From the IMG/VR virus record IMGVR_UViG_3300028571_000071, positions 1 through 32,072 of that record: a stretch of 32,072 nt of DNA. The stretch is one strand, 5' to 3'. Origin of the DNA: a virus. Taxonomy: Duplodnaviria; Caudoviricetes. This document shows, in pieces, positions 1-9,627 of the stretch (positions within the stretch are counted from its first letter, which is position 1; each line of letters opens with the position of its first letter). The notes beneath the pieces are model-generated. The model was not told where the DNA came from. It did no database searches and was given only the letters and a program-made list of their open reading frames with translations. The position numbers and the translations under genes are program-made.

Positions 1-2
1 TT

Positions 3-86
3 GGTCGCGCCAGGCTGAAATTCCCAATATTCCCATTGCCGCCAACCGAGGATTGATGTTGTGAGTGAAATGACTGGAGCTGGCAT
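3..86 (-). CDS. 5' part of a tail-region protein, runs off the left edge (MPAPVISLTTSILGWRQWEYWEFQPGAT...)
   Basis: ATG at 86, 3 nt after the stop of the large tail gene; open to the window edge; hand-translated. Confidence 0.6.
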   Translation of the reverse strand, partial: MPAPVISLTTSILGWRQWEYWEFQPGAT

Positions 87-89
87 AAT

Positions 90-2660
90 TTAGAGTTTGC
101 TGATGGTTGCTTTGATTCCTTTGCAGGAGATTTTGACCTGGCCAACGGGCGCGCCGTTGTTGCCGGTGAAGGATGAAAACCCGAGCGCGGCCGTGGGATC
201 TTCCGCATCGAAGCGGTTGAGTTCTCCGCGCAGCACGAACGCGGCCGTGGTTGGCGCGGTCGCATCCGCCCAGGCCAGATAAAGCCGCTGCTCGGCCGTG
301 AATGTTTCGCTCGCCGGGCGGCGCACGCGGTAGGCAAACGCATGCTGCGTTTCCGCCTCGCTCAGCAGGAGTTGCTTCTCGAAAAGCGTGGTCCCGAATG
401 TCACGCTCGCGAGGTTTGTTCCCATTCCGCTGCCGGTCGCTGCAGGCGTGCCGAGTTTGAGAGTCATCACATACTGACCCCGTCGCGGGCCGAGGAGCTG
501 CGCGAGCAGCGTCCACTGGATCTCGAAATACGTGCCGACCGAGAGCATGTCCGCCTGGACGGGGATGTCGAAGACCTCCCGATTGAACTCATAGGGATAG
601 TAGGTGCCGTCGAACACCTCGGCCGCGAACCAATTAGCCCCGTCGCAGGCGACAAACGGCGCTGTAGCGCGCGTAAGCAAACCACCACGCCGTGTGGCCG
701 ATCCCGGCACCGTGACTGACTGGACGCTTCCAGACCACTGCAGCACCACGTTTTCGTGAGTGGAAGGATCAGGCAGCGAGCCGCCCTCGATCAGCGTCTC
801 GATGTCGGCGAGGGCCGATGGTTTCACCGCGCGCAGCAGAGCGCGGTAAGTCGCCGCCCTGGTCGCCGAGGTTTTGAGCGGAGGGTATTCCATCGCCAGA
901 TCCGGCACGACGATCTTGATTTGCTCCGGCGTGTCGCGGTTCGGGATCGCATCGAAAACGATGCGCCCCGTCGCATCGGCCAGCACGCGCCGGATGGGAT
1001 CTCCGGTCGCCTGGTCGATGCCCCAATAGACCAGCTCGCCGGTTGCGGAATCCACGCGCGGCACACCGAGCGGGATCGTGGTGATATCGAGCTTCCCCTC
1101 TGTGTTGAGCAAGGGAACCGTGGACGGCAGACGCGAGGCCGGAATTGCGGTGCCGCCTCCGATGCGATCCCAGGGGATATTCAGCGGGAGCTTCTCGACC
1201 GGGATGTTCGGCCAGAAGTCGGCCGGGTTGCCTGCGGCCGTGAGGGCATCAAGGATCGCCTGCAAGCCGATGATCTCGCTGATCGCGTGTTCGTGCCCGA
1301 GGAAATAACTCTCCGGCCCGATGCTGGTGATCAGGACCAGGTAAGCGTTTTCGTCCGGAGCATCCGGGAAGGTCACCTGGACCCGGTTGTCATCGAGCGC
1401 CTTCGTCTCGTAGAGGTTGTCCGGGATGCGGAGATTCGTTCCGCCGTTTTCCCAGAGGGTCACATGCAATCGGGTGGTGCCCAGATTGTGCTCGTAAACA
1501 AACTGGCCGAGCACACCGTCACCAACGATGGCGACGTAGTGGCGCTCGCCGTGGAAGACCTGGCTGTGATCGTGTTCGAGCCAGGCCACCGGATCAATCT
1601 GCTGCTCCAGCCAGGCCGGATCGTTAGAGATGGCCATCGGGTCATCGATCATGTCATTCAGCAACGTGATGGGAGCCTGCACAGGCGTGCCGCTTTCTCC
1701 GTCTAGGATCACCTCGATCTCGATGGACATCGCCACCTCGGGGTTGCCGTCCAGGGCGACCTCGACACCAGGACCAGTGAGCGGGATTTTCCCGACAGGA
1801 GTCTCAAGCACCGGCTGGTTCTCCATGTTCACTTCCATGAGGGCCTGCGCTGCGAGCGCCAGCGGCCCGACGAACTCCACATAGTAATACCGCGCGCTCG
1901 GCTGCGTGACGCGGAACCTCTCTGCACCGTCCGGGATGAGATCATTCAGAACGGCTGCAATCTTCGCGGCCGTGAGATTGCTCACCGGGAGGATGGCCGT
2001 TGTGAGACCGTTCCAGGTAATCGAAAACTCCCCGAGGGCACCGACCGGGATGGAGATCCGCTGCACCTCGTTGCGGGTGCCGGTCCCGGCGCGCACAAGC
2101 GCCCGATCCACAGCGGGAGGCATAGGCAGCGAGAACTGGTCAGTGAACGCGACCGGAGCCTGAAAGAGTTTGATGATCGAGACGCGGCCGTAGTCGAGAT
2201 CCCAGGCGATCACGCGAGTAAAGCACTTCGGATAAAGCTTCGCGCCGGTCACCAGAAAGGCCGTGGTCTCGGCCGCATTGATCCATCGGATCGCATAGAT
2301 ATTAGCGGCCCCGCCCTGGACAACCTTCACGCCTCCGCGCGCGATCACGGTCGAGAGTTTGTTCAGCTCCACTTCCAGCGCCTGCTTGCCGATGTTGTGA
2401 GGGAGATCCGGAGTCTCGACGGCCTCCACGCTCACGCGCCACAAGCCATCGAGCGGAGAGCGATCAATGAACCCGATCCCGCATTTGATCGTGCCGAAGG
2501 GAATCGCCGCCTTGCGGTAGTCTCCCGAGTCCAGGAGTTCCATGCCCTGCAGCACCAGGCGCAAGGTGTCGCCCTGCGTGACTGCGGGCAGCGTGAGCGC
2601 CCCGCCGTCCGGAGCGATGAGTTGTTTGTTTGCGATGTCGTATCCGATTTTCAGGTCCAT
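90..2660 (-). CDS. Large tail tip/baseplate-associated structural protein (~856 aa)
   Basis: Long ORF downstream of the tape measure; start reassigned to MDLKIGYD (2660); fibre-type motifs HEHAISEIIGLQAIL and HNLGT. Confidence 0.7.
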   Translation of the reverse strand: MDLKIGYDIANKQLIAPDGGALTLPAVTQGDTLRLVLQGMELLDSGDYRKAAIPFGTIKCGIGFIDRSPLDGLWRVSVEAVETPDLPHNIGKQALEVELNKLSTVIARGGVKVVQGGAANIYAIRWINAAETTAFLVTGAKLYPKCFTRVIAWDLDYGRVSIIKLFQAPVAFTDQFSLPMPPAVDRALVRAGTGTRNEVQRISIPVGALGEFSITWNGLTTAILPVSNLTAAKIAAVLNDLIPDGAERFRVTQPSARYYYVEFVGPLALAAQALMEVNMENQPVLETPVGKIPLTGPGVEVALDGNPEVAMSIEIEVILDGESGTPVQAPITLLNDMIDDPMAISNDPAWLEQQIDPVAWLEHDHSQVFHGERHYVAIVGDGVLGQFVYEHNLGTTRLHVTLWENGGTNLRIPDNLYETKALDDNRVQVTFPDAPDENAYLVLITSIGPESYFLGHEHAISEIIGLQAILDALTAAGNPADFWPNIPVEKLPLNIPWDRIGGGTAIPASRLPSTVPLLNTEGKLDITTIPLGVPRVDSATGELVYWGIDQATGDPIRRVLADATGRIVFDAIPNRDTPEQIKIVVPDLAMEYPPLKTSATRAATYRALLRAVKPSALADIETLIEGGSLPDPSTHENVVLQWSGSVQSVTVPGSATRRGGLLTRATAPFVACDGANWFAAEVFDGTYYPYEFNREVFDIPVQADMLSVGTYFEIQWTLLAQLLGPRRGQYVMTLKLGTPAATGSGMGTNLASVTFGTTLFEKQLLLSEAETQHAFAYRVRRPASETFTAEQRLYLAWADATAPTTAAFVLRGELNRFDAEDPTAALGFSSFTGNNGAPVGQVKISCKGIKATISKL

Positions 2661-2821
2661 GATTCTAAGGTCTCCAAAGGTTGCGCGGGAGCCGTCTCCG
2701 GGTCCGCGTCGTCGTCGAGCGTTGTGAACTGCCGCAGCCAATCAAACGGAAACGGGCTCACCTTGTAGGGGAAGGCCCGGAAGGCATTCAGAGGCGCAGG
2801 GTTTTCGATGATGACTCTCAT
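2651..2821 (-). CDS. Small 56-aa tail-region ORF (MRVIIENPAPLNAF...)
   Basis: ATGA overlap with the upstream stop at 2818-2821; its 3' end overlaps the next start. Confidence 0.5.
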   Translation of the reverse strand: MRVIIENPAPLNAFRAFPYKVSPFPFDWLRQFTTLDDDADPETAPAQPLETLESWT

Positions 2822-3678
2822 ACCGTCCAGAACTCCACGCTGTTGGTTTGCCAGCCGATCTGCGCGAGCGCCGCGTTGACCTGGTCGGTGATAAAGTCGC
2901 CGAAGAAATTGAAGGTGCCGAGGGCCGCATCCGCGAAGCCAAGGCCGATGCCGCCGAAGCTTCCGCCGATGGGCTTGTAGTCCGGGAGCAGCTTCACCGG
3001 CTCGACCCCTGCAGCGAACAGATCCCAGAACTCCTCCTGCTTGACGAATGCCTGTTGGTCGGCCGGGTCGCTTCCGCGCAGCACATAGATCTTGGCCAGC
3101 TCGCGGGAGGCCAGCATCGAGGAGGGTGTGCGCGCAGGCATCTTTCCCGCCCAGGTCCGATACCTGGAAGGAAGGGTGCGGGCCATGAAGATTCCGCGCG
3201 GCCGTGCATATAGATATACGCTGGCAACAAAGAGATCCTTCTCCCACGCCTCGGCCGTCCGGAATGCTTGCGGCCGTCCAGCGTCCGCCACGGCAACGAA
3301 ATCCTCCTCTGTGTCGAGCGAGATGAATGGCGCGGCCTCGCCGCTTTCCCGCCAGCTCCGCTCGCAGACGTCCCCGCTGATCCGGGAGGCGGGATAATCA
3401 TCGGGCATCGTCCAGGCGCGCGGATCTCCGGCTTTCAGGTATGCGACCGAGGCTTCCACATCATTCACGAAACCGGCCACCAGCGTCACCTTCCACTTCC
3501 CTGCGGTTTCATCGGCGACGACCCGCGTTCTCCACGGGTGCGGATATGGCGCTGCAGCGGACGTGCGCGGTCCCTCCAGCGGAGTGCGGCGGCGAATCTC
3601 ATCGATCAGCGCATTGTGCTTCTCCGCGCTGATCCGCATCCGCTTCTTCACCCCGATCTTGTCCATGAGCGCGCTCAT
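2818..3678 (-). CDS. Hypothetical tail protein
   Basis: ATGA-coupled start at 3678; N-terminal ISAEKHNALIDEIRRR resembles VLAEDHNALVRELERR of the upstream gene. Confidence 0.7.
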   Translation of the reverse strand: MSALMDKIGVKKRMRISAEKHNALIDEIRRRTPLEGPRTSAAAPYPHPWRTRVVADETAGKWKVTLVAGFVNDVEASVAYLKAGDPRAWTMPDDYPASRISGDVCERSWRESGEAAPFISLDTEEDFVAVADAGRPQAFRTAEAWEKDLFVASVYLYARPRGIFMARTLPSRYRTWAGKMPARTPSSMLASRELAKIYVLRGSDPADQQAFVKQEEFWDLFAAGVEPVKLLPDYKPIGGSFGGIGLGFADAALGTFNFFGDFITDQVNAALAQIGWQTNSVEFWTV

Positions 3679-4250
3679 GACATTGCCCACCACCATTGAC
3701 GGAATGCGCCGGAGGGTTTGCGCTCCGAGCTGGAGAATCCAAAGTCGAACCGGGCACGCGGCTCAACGCGGCCGTCCTTTTGGGCGATGCCAATCAGCTT
3801 GCGTGCCGTCCAGGCTTTCCACTCCGGCTTCGCGTAAGCCTTCATCTCGGCCTTTTCGATCTGCCAGAAGGAATTCAGCTTCAGCTCCACAAAAAGCCAG
3901 CAATCACCGGCATCGTTGTATTCCAGGATCTCAAGGGGATCGGACTCCTTGTTGGAAATCTTTAGTTCCCCGATCTTGGGCTCGATCCCATTGACCAGGC
4001 CACGCGAGAACCGCACCGCAGGCTTGCCATCCTTTGTTGTGGCGGCGCTCGGCTGCCAGGAGTGCGATACCCCGCTCCCTCCCTCGCTGCTGTAGCTGAT
4101 GATGATCCCGCTATCGAGCTGCCGCGTCCGGACGCCATTCCCTGCCAGGATCTGCCTGCGCTCCAACTCGCGCACCAGGGCATTGTGGTCCTCTGCGAGG
4201 ACAGTGGCCCCCGGCTGGACATACAAATGCTGCAGAGGATCGGAAATCAT
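3675..4250 (-). CDS. Hypothetical tail protein (191 aa)
   Basis: ATGA-coupled ORF in the tail operon. Confidence 0.7.
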   Translation of the reverse strand: MISDPLQHLYVQPGATVLAEDHNALVRELERRQILAGNGVRTRQLDSGIIISYSSEGGSGVSHSWQPSAATTKDGKPAVRFSRGLVNGIEPKIGELKISNKESDPLEILEYNDAGDCWLFVELKLNSFWQIEKAEMKAYAKPEWKAWTARKLIGIAQKDGRVEPRARFDFGFSSSERKPSGAFRQWWWAMS

Positions 4251-4975
4251 CCCATGCCCTCCCGCTTGTAAACATCCGTGTTCCAGCCTCCACGACCAGA
4301 GAGCAGATATCGCTCGGTGATTTCAAAAACGGACCCGCGCACACGAACGGAAGGCACCCGCTTAAGCCAGTTCCGGCCGCGCCCGAGCTTGGGGATTTTC
4401 ACAGATCTAGGCTGCGGGATCTGCGCGACCACGGACTCGATGCCATCGAATAATTCGCTGGGAAGCGTTTTCGTCACATACTGCTTTGACCAGATAGCGC
4501 CGAAAGAAAGATAGCTCTCCACTTTGAACATCGGGTTCTTCTTGCTCCCCGTGTCGCTGTCCTCCACCGGTAGCTCCTCCTGGAACTCGATGATTCCCTC
4601 TTTTACATCGCCCTTGTATTTTTCCTTGAGCTTGAGCCAGTCCGGGTGACTGGTGATCGGCACCTCTGCATCGCTGGTGTCGAGCGTGTAAACCGCCTGG
4701 TCTTCCTCGGCCTTCTCACCTTCCGGCGTCAGTTTCCGGCCGCCCTCATAGGTCAGCTCCCACTCCCAATACCCGCCGGCCGCTTCTTTGCCGACTCCAC
4801 CCGTGAACCCATAGCCAGGAATCTGGGGGATCTCCAGCGGAGCAGGATATTTCAGGCTGTCACCGATGGTTTTAAGAACCATTGGGATGGCAATCGTGAG
4901 GACCGTAACACCCGATCTTTCCTGCCGGGAACCGATAATCCTCGGCTCTGGGACTTCGCCGTAAATCGCGCTCAT
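4247..4975 (-). CDS. Putative distal tail/hub-like protein (242 aa)
   Basis: Immediately follows the tape measure gene; translationally coupled. Confidence 0.55.
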   Translation of the reverse strand: MSAIYGEVPEPRIIGSRQERSGVTVLTIAIPMVLKTIGDSLKYPAPLEIPQIPGYGFTGGVGKEAAGGYWEWELTYEGGRKLTPEGEKAEEDQAVYTLDTSDAEVPITSHPDWLKLKEKYKGDVKEGIIEFQEELPVEDSDTGSKKNPMFKVESYLSFGAIWSKQYVTKTLPSELFDGIESVVAQIPQPRSVKIPKLGRGRNWLKRVPSVRVRGSVFEITERYLLSGRGGWNTDVYKREGMG

Positions 4976-6891
4976 TGGTAAGTTGTTCCCTTTTTCAGAA
5001 GCTCCTTCGTTGTTTTGGCCGTTGCCTCGGTGGCCTCCTTGATTTTCAGCGTGTGCTCGATCTGCTTGCGGAGCAGTTCAACATTACCAGCGGCCTGCAT
5101 ACTCTCGCCAACGGCTCCACCGATCCGTGCCATCGACGACACGCTCAGCGCGCGCCGTGCAAGCTCGCCCGCATCCGGGGCATCTTTCTTCGCTTTTTCC
5201 GGATCATCCACAGCCTTCATGTTTGCGATCCGGCGCGCATCCCATTCCGTGGAGCCCTTGTCGATCTCGGCCTGAAAGCTGCGCATCCACTCGAATTCCC
5301 CGAGCTTCTTTTTATCACCTGCGGCCTTTGCCTCAAGATAGGCAGCTTCCTCAGCGCCTGCAGCTATCGCCTTATCCGATTTGCTGTGGATTTCCAGATT
5401 ACCCTTGTCCCTGCGGTTCTCGATCTCCTCCCGCTGCATACGCAGGGCATCCACTTTGCCTTGGGCATTGGCGACGACTGCATCAAGTTCCGCTTGAATT
5501 TTCTGGGCCTCATCAAACTCTTTGGAGTTTTTCGGGCTCGGATGAAAGATGCTCATCTGCTGCGCAATGTCAGTTCTCCTGTATTGAGAATCAGCGAGTT
5601 CTTTCGCTTTTGCCAACTCCGCCTCCGACTGCGACATCGCCTTCGAGTTCGCTTCAAGATCAAAGGCTGTCTTTGTTGCGACCCTTTTTAACGCGGCCTC
5701 CGGAGCAGCAATTTTTCCCGACGCCTCGTCAGCATCAATTTTCGAGAGAGCGAGAGATTGCTGCGCTGCGCTCAGGCGCTCAAAACTTTTCGATGCCCGG
5801 TCGGCAGCATCCCCCATTTCTTCCAATGGTTTTACCGCTTCGGAAATGGCTTGCTTGATGCGCTTGGTTTTCTCGGCCGCAGTTTCCTGGGCTGCCGCAA
5901 GGCCCTCCACTTTCTTCTTCGTTGTTTCGGCCGCGTTGCCCTGGCCATTCGCACGGGCGATTGTATCCTGATCGTTCTCGTAGGCATCCCACCCTTTTTT
6001 GAACCCGCTGGCGATCCCCTCCAACAATCCAGCAGTTCCTCCGAGAGCCCCTTTGTATGCCGGAGCAAATGGCCTCCCGAGCTGGGACATCAGCATGTTG
6101 AACGAGTCAGAGAACGTGGATTCTTTCCCGGATGCCGTCTCGCTCCTGCGCGCCATTTCCCCGTTGTATTTTCCGAGCGCTGCAGCAACCTCCTCCCAGC
6201 TTTTTGCCTGGCGAAGATTTATCCCGGTCAGCTCGGTCATTCTCGCCGCCGCTTCCCCAAACGGTGTGCCGTCCCGCATTCCCTGGTAGAGGCGTCCCAT
6301 CGTCACGGCCACCTCGCCGAAGCTGGCATCTGCAGCCGCTGCCACGTCACCAACCATACGCAGGCCAGCCCCGGTGCTCAGAGCGCCGCCTGTCAGGTTT
6401 TCCAGGACTTTCGATGCCTGGGCGACTTCCGGAAGTTCAAAAGGGGTTGCGGCAGCAAACTTATTCAGCTCATCCATCCGAGCCTTTGCTGCGCCCTTAC
6501 TGCCAAGGAGGGTGATGAATGTAGTCTGGAGGTCTTCGATTTTACTGAACTCAGAGAGCGCTTTCCGAAGGCCGAGCGCTGCCCCGGTCAGCCCGGCAAG
6601 GCCGAGGCTCAGCAATCCAGCAGATCCATTCGCAGCGCTCATCACACGGCCAAAGATTGGGACGCTCTGCGCGGCACCCATAATTTCGCCTTTAAGCCGT
6701 GCTCCAAATCCCAGGTCTTTCATCCGGCCCTGGACGGATTCGAGCTGTCTTGCGGCAGCCGAATACTCTTTGAGTGACTGACCCGCTGCCCGCGCGGCGG
6801 TGATGTTACGAATCAGCTCCTGCTCCATCTGCTTGAGCGCCTGCAACTCAGCGGTGGTTGTGATTTTGATGTTGAAGCCAGTGGCGCTCAT
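4972..6891 (-). CDS. Tail tape measure protein (639 aa)
   Basis: Tape-measure motif FITLLGS..AKARMDELNKFAAATPFELPEV; Ala-rich coiled coil; position after chaperone. Confidence 0.9.
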   Translation of the reverse strand: MSATGFNIKITTTAELQALKQMEQELIRNITAARAAGQSLKEYSAAARQLESVQGRMKDLGFGARLKGEIMGAAQSVPIFGRVMSAANGSAGLLSLGLAGLTGAALGLRKALSEFSKIEDLQTTFITLLGSKGAAKARMDELNKFAAATPFELPEVAQASKVLENLTGGALSTGAGLRMVGDVAAAADASFGEVAVTMGRLYQGMRDGTPFGEAAARMTELTGINLRQAKSWEEVAAALGKYNGEMARRSETASGKESTFSDSFNMLMSQLGRPFAPAYKGALGGTAGLLEGIASGFKKGWDAYENDQDTIARANGQGNAAETTKKKVEGLAAAQETAAEKTKRIKQAISEAVKPLEEMGDAADRASKSFERLSAAQQSLALSKIDADEASGKIAAPEAALKRVATKTAFDLEANSKAMSQSEAELAKAKELADSQYRRTDIAQQMSIFHPSPKNSKEFDEAQKIQAELDAVVANAQGKVDALRMQREEIENRRDKGNLEIHSKSDKAIAAGAEEAAYLEAKAAGDKKKLGEFEWMRSFQAEIDKGSTEWDARRIANMKAVDDPEKAKKDAPDAGELARRALSVSSMARIGGAVGESMQAAGNVELLRKQIEHTLKIKEATEATAKTTKELLKKGTTYQ

Positions 6892-7607
6892 TGTAGATTA
6901 TTCCTGTGATCTACGGGGTTCTCATCTGCCTGTTCATTTTCTTTGCCACCTGCGCTTGGTGCAGCGGCGGCGACTCGACCAACTATTACTTGCGCTGAGT
7001 TCTCCAGGGCGTTGATCGCCTCGCGCTCCTTCCAGTTCATCTCTGTCGGTTCTTTTCCGTCGAGCACGTCGTTGGTCGCCACCAGGGCGAACGCCTGAGC
7101 CATCGGGCAATCAAGCGCTTCGTCCCGAGTGAACCCGAGGTCCACGATCAGCTTGGTGAGAACTCGCACCCACCAGCCGAATCCGTGATCGCGGGACAGC
7201 GGAGAAGATTTCTCCCCCGCCTTCTCAACGCGACGCATAGGGAGTGCAGTTTCCCACGCGGCGTTGATTATTCTCGCGACAACAATCTCTGCCTCTGCGG
7301 CCTCCTGCGGAGTCAAAGATTCGATCAACTCCTGCCGGGTGACATCCCTCTGCGCAAGCGCTGAAACAGCGATGCAGAGCGCCTGCAGCGCCGCTTCACC
7401 ATCGTTCGGAAATTCTCCCGTGACGAAAGGGGATCGCGCTGATTCCAACTGCAGGTGCCCCCGCAAGGTCAGCGGATGCAGCGGGATGTTCCCCAGGTGG
7501 ACCGATTCAGACAGGAATGCGCGCATGACGCACGCGGGCTGCAGCGGATCGTTCTCCGCTGCGGCCAGCGCTTTGCTCATCGCCGCTAGTTTTTCCTCGT
7601 CGGTCAT
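6888..7607 (-). CDS. Putative tail assembly chaperone (G/T-like, single ORF)
   Basis: Lies between tail tube and tape measure genes; T-like C-terminal motif WW..L..L..DLGF. Confidence 0.6.
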   Translation of the reverse strand: MTDEEKLAAMSKALAAAENDPLQPACVMRAFLSESVHLGNIPLHPLTLRGHLQLESARSPFVTGEFPNDGEAALQALCIAVSALAQRDVTRQELIESLTPQEAAEAEIVVARIINAAWETALPMRRVEKAGEKSSPLSRDHGFGWWVRVLTKLIVDLGFTRDEALDCPMAQAFALVATNDVLDGKEPTEMNWKEREAINALENSAQVIVGRVAAAAPSAGGKENEQADENPVDHRNNLQ

Positions 7608-7622
7608 TTTTCAAAGCAGGGA

Positions 7623-8381
7623 TCAGGCCGCGATACCAGGATGCCAGAAGGCTTCGACTTCGATCATCGCGCCATCGGCCCGTTTCCACTTCCACCCGGC
7701 ATCGGAGATGATCGCATCGGCCGCGTGGGCTGGTGCCCCGGTCACCGAGAGGACGGAATCATTCGCCGGAAGCACCGCGTTCGGGAGCGCGAGGATTTCG
7801 AGCGAGATCTTCCGCATGTAGCCGTGGGCGACCACGGCCGTGATCTTGAGCGGATCTGCTGGCGGCTCGGTGAGCGTGAGGCTCTGCTCGATCCGAAGGC
7901 GCTGGACGGTGCCCAGGGCGGACGTAAGGCCCTGCGTGCTCCACACCAGCTTGGCGGCGGGATGAATCAGCGGCCCGGTCTGCTCGAAGGTTCCGTCGAG
8001 GGTTCCCGCCTCGGCTCCGGTGCCTGCGGCGGCATCCGGGTAGTGCGTGGCCGCTCCGGAGAACTTCTTCGGCTGGTCGATCCCCCATTCCTCGATCAGT
8101 GAGGAGCAAAGGACAATCCCGCCGACGATGGCGGCATGCGTCATTCCGATCAGTGCCCCGGCCGACAGATCCGGAAGATCAATCGTGCCATCGGTGATCG
8201 TGCCAGCGAACGAGATCGCGGCCTTTTTCCGATAGAGCGCAGAGGCGGCGTTGTCGCCGTTGCCATCCGGTTCATGGTGGACCTGGGACGACAGCTTGTA
8301 GTCGCAGGATTCGAGGATGCAGGTGGCGGGCTGTGGCGCTGAAGCGCTGCCCCAGATGAGTGATGCTCCGTAGAGTTGCAT
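7623..8381 (-). CDS. Putative major tail (tube) protein, two internally similar halves
   Basis: Synteny; beta-rich, Gly/Ala/Thr-rich; no sheath gene seen. Confidence 0.6.
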   Translation of the reverse strand: MQLYGASLIWGSASAPQPATCILESCDYKLSSQVHHEPDGNGDNAASALYRKKAAISFAGTITDGTIDLPDLSAGALIGMTHAAIVGGIVLCSSLIEEWGIDQPKKFSGAATHYPDAAAGTGAEAGTLDGTFEQTGPLIHPAAKLVWSTQGLTSALGTVQRLRIEQSLTLTEPPADPLKITAVVAHGYMRKISLEILALPNAVLPANDSVLSVTGAPAHAADAIISDAGWKWKRADGAMIEVEAFWHPGIAA

Positions 8382-8405
8382 GGTATGGTTTTTTGGTTAC
8401 TTGGA

Positions 8406-8834
8406 TTATTGGTAGGCCGCGTGAAAGATCAGATCGATCACCACGGCCGATGGGTCTTCGACTTCCTCCACCGGAGGGTTTGCCAGGCGAAGATTGTCAG
8501 CGAGGAGATTGCCGGGATTCGATCCGTGAAGAGCGAGCCGGGCCTGCGCTGCCAACTCGGGACTGTCCATCCCGGTTTCGTTCATCGTCGGGTCCACGAT
8601 GATCCGAACGCGCAGCTCACCGCGCTTGACGAAAATGAAATCGGCCCCCTCCTGGACTTCCACCGGCTTCACTGGCATGACAAACATGCAGGCCCCGAGT
8701 TTCGCCAGGCTGGCTTCGATATCGTTCTCGATGCTCTTTTCCTTCCGCTCGATGAACTCAACACCGGCCGGAATGCCCTCGGCCCGCCTGAGCAGATCAA
8801 GCACCGCGACGGGAATTTCTGTGGTCGATGTCAT
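8406..8834 (-). CDS. Tail completion/terminator-like protein, copy 2
   Basis: Directly upstream of the tail tube gene; clear paralog of 11924..12352. Confidence 0.6.
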   Translation of the reverse strand: MTSTTEIPVAVLDLLRRAEGIPAGVEFIERKEKSIENDIEASLAKLGACMFVMPVKPVEVQEGADFIFVKRGELRVRIIVDPTMNETGMDSPELAAQARLALHGSNPGNLLADNLRLANPPVEEVEDPSAVVIDLIFHAAYQ

Positions 8835-9196
8835 TCGAGGAAAGTGGCTGAGGTGACTGGCAGGCTCCGGTTGGTTGCCGTGATCCAGGCGCGCGCGATG
8901 CTGGCGGGATCATCCCACCAGGCACGGACGCGGATGCTTTTCCAGTTGGCATCCCAGACCCACAGACGGTTGTCGCCCGATGGGTAGAGATAAAGCGCGA
9001 CGGCATGATTCCAAGCTGGCGTGGAGATCAGGAGGGCACGCGATTCGATCCCGGCCCCGCGCAATCCCTCGACCATCGCCGCCGCCTCGGCCACGCATGC
9101 ATTCCGAAGCTGCCCGGAAAACGCGGGTGCAGCGACCGGAGGCCGCGCGGCGCAGGCCGATAGGCAAAGGCAGACGATGGCGAGGAGGCGGATCAT
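8831..9196 (-). CDS. Predicted lipoprotein with transglutaminase/papain-like Cys-His-Asp motifs
   Basis: Start MIRLLAIVCLCLSAC (lipobox LSAC); NACV...HAVALY...WVWD. Confidence 0.6.
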   Translation of the reverse strand: MIRLLAIVCLCLSACAARPPVAAPAFSGQLRNACVAEAAAMVEGLRGAGIESRALLISTPAWNHAVALYLYPSGDNRLWVWDANWKSIRVRAWWDDPASIARAWITATNRSLPVTSATFLE

Positions 9197-9197
9197 C

Positions 9198-9614
9198 TCA
9201 GGGCTCGGGAGTGGGCTCCGTGATGGTGACGGTTCCGTCTTGGTTTTTCGTGTGGGCAGGAACGCGAGCAGCCAGGGCATCAAGTTCGGTCACAGATGCT
9301 GTGTCGCCGCAGGCGAGCAGCAGAGCGCGGATTGGAGCCATGAAGGATTCGTAAAGCGTGAAAAGCTCAACAGCCTTCGGTCCGAGGGCCTGCGCGGTCG
9401 CGACGTTGGCAGCGTAGTCCTCCGACCAGAGATCGGTGATCGAGTGCCGCAGCCCGCCGAGGATGGAGTTGCGGAGGCCCTGCGCGTTCTCGGCCGCACG
9501 GATCGCCCGGGCCTGTGCGGCGGGGATCGGCGGATCGGTGAGGAGCGACTGAGCGGTTGCGGTGAGGGTGAGCGCGACCACACAGGCCGCGAGGAGTGCG
9601 ATGGTTTTTTTCAT
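9198..9614 (-). CDS. Predicted secreted protein (138 aa)
   Basis: Sec-type signal MKKTIALLAACVVALTLTATA-Q. Confidence 0.7.
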   Translation of the reverse strand: MKKTIALLAACVVALTLTATAQSLLTDPPIPAAQARAIRAAENAQGLRNSILGGLRHSITDLWSEDYAANVATAQALGPKAVELFTLYESFMAPIRALLLACGDTASVTELDALAARVPAHTKNQDGTVTITEPTPEP

Positions 9615-9627
9615 ATTGTGAGTGGCG

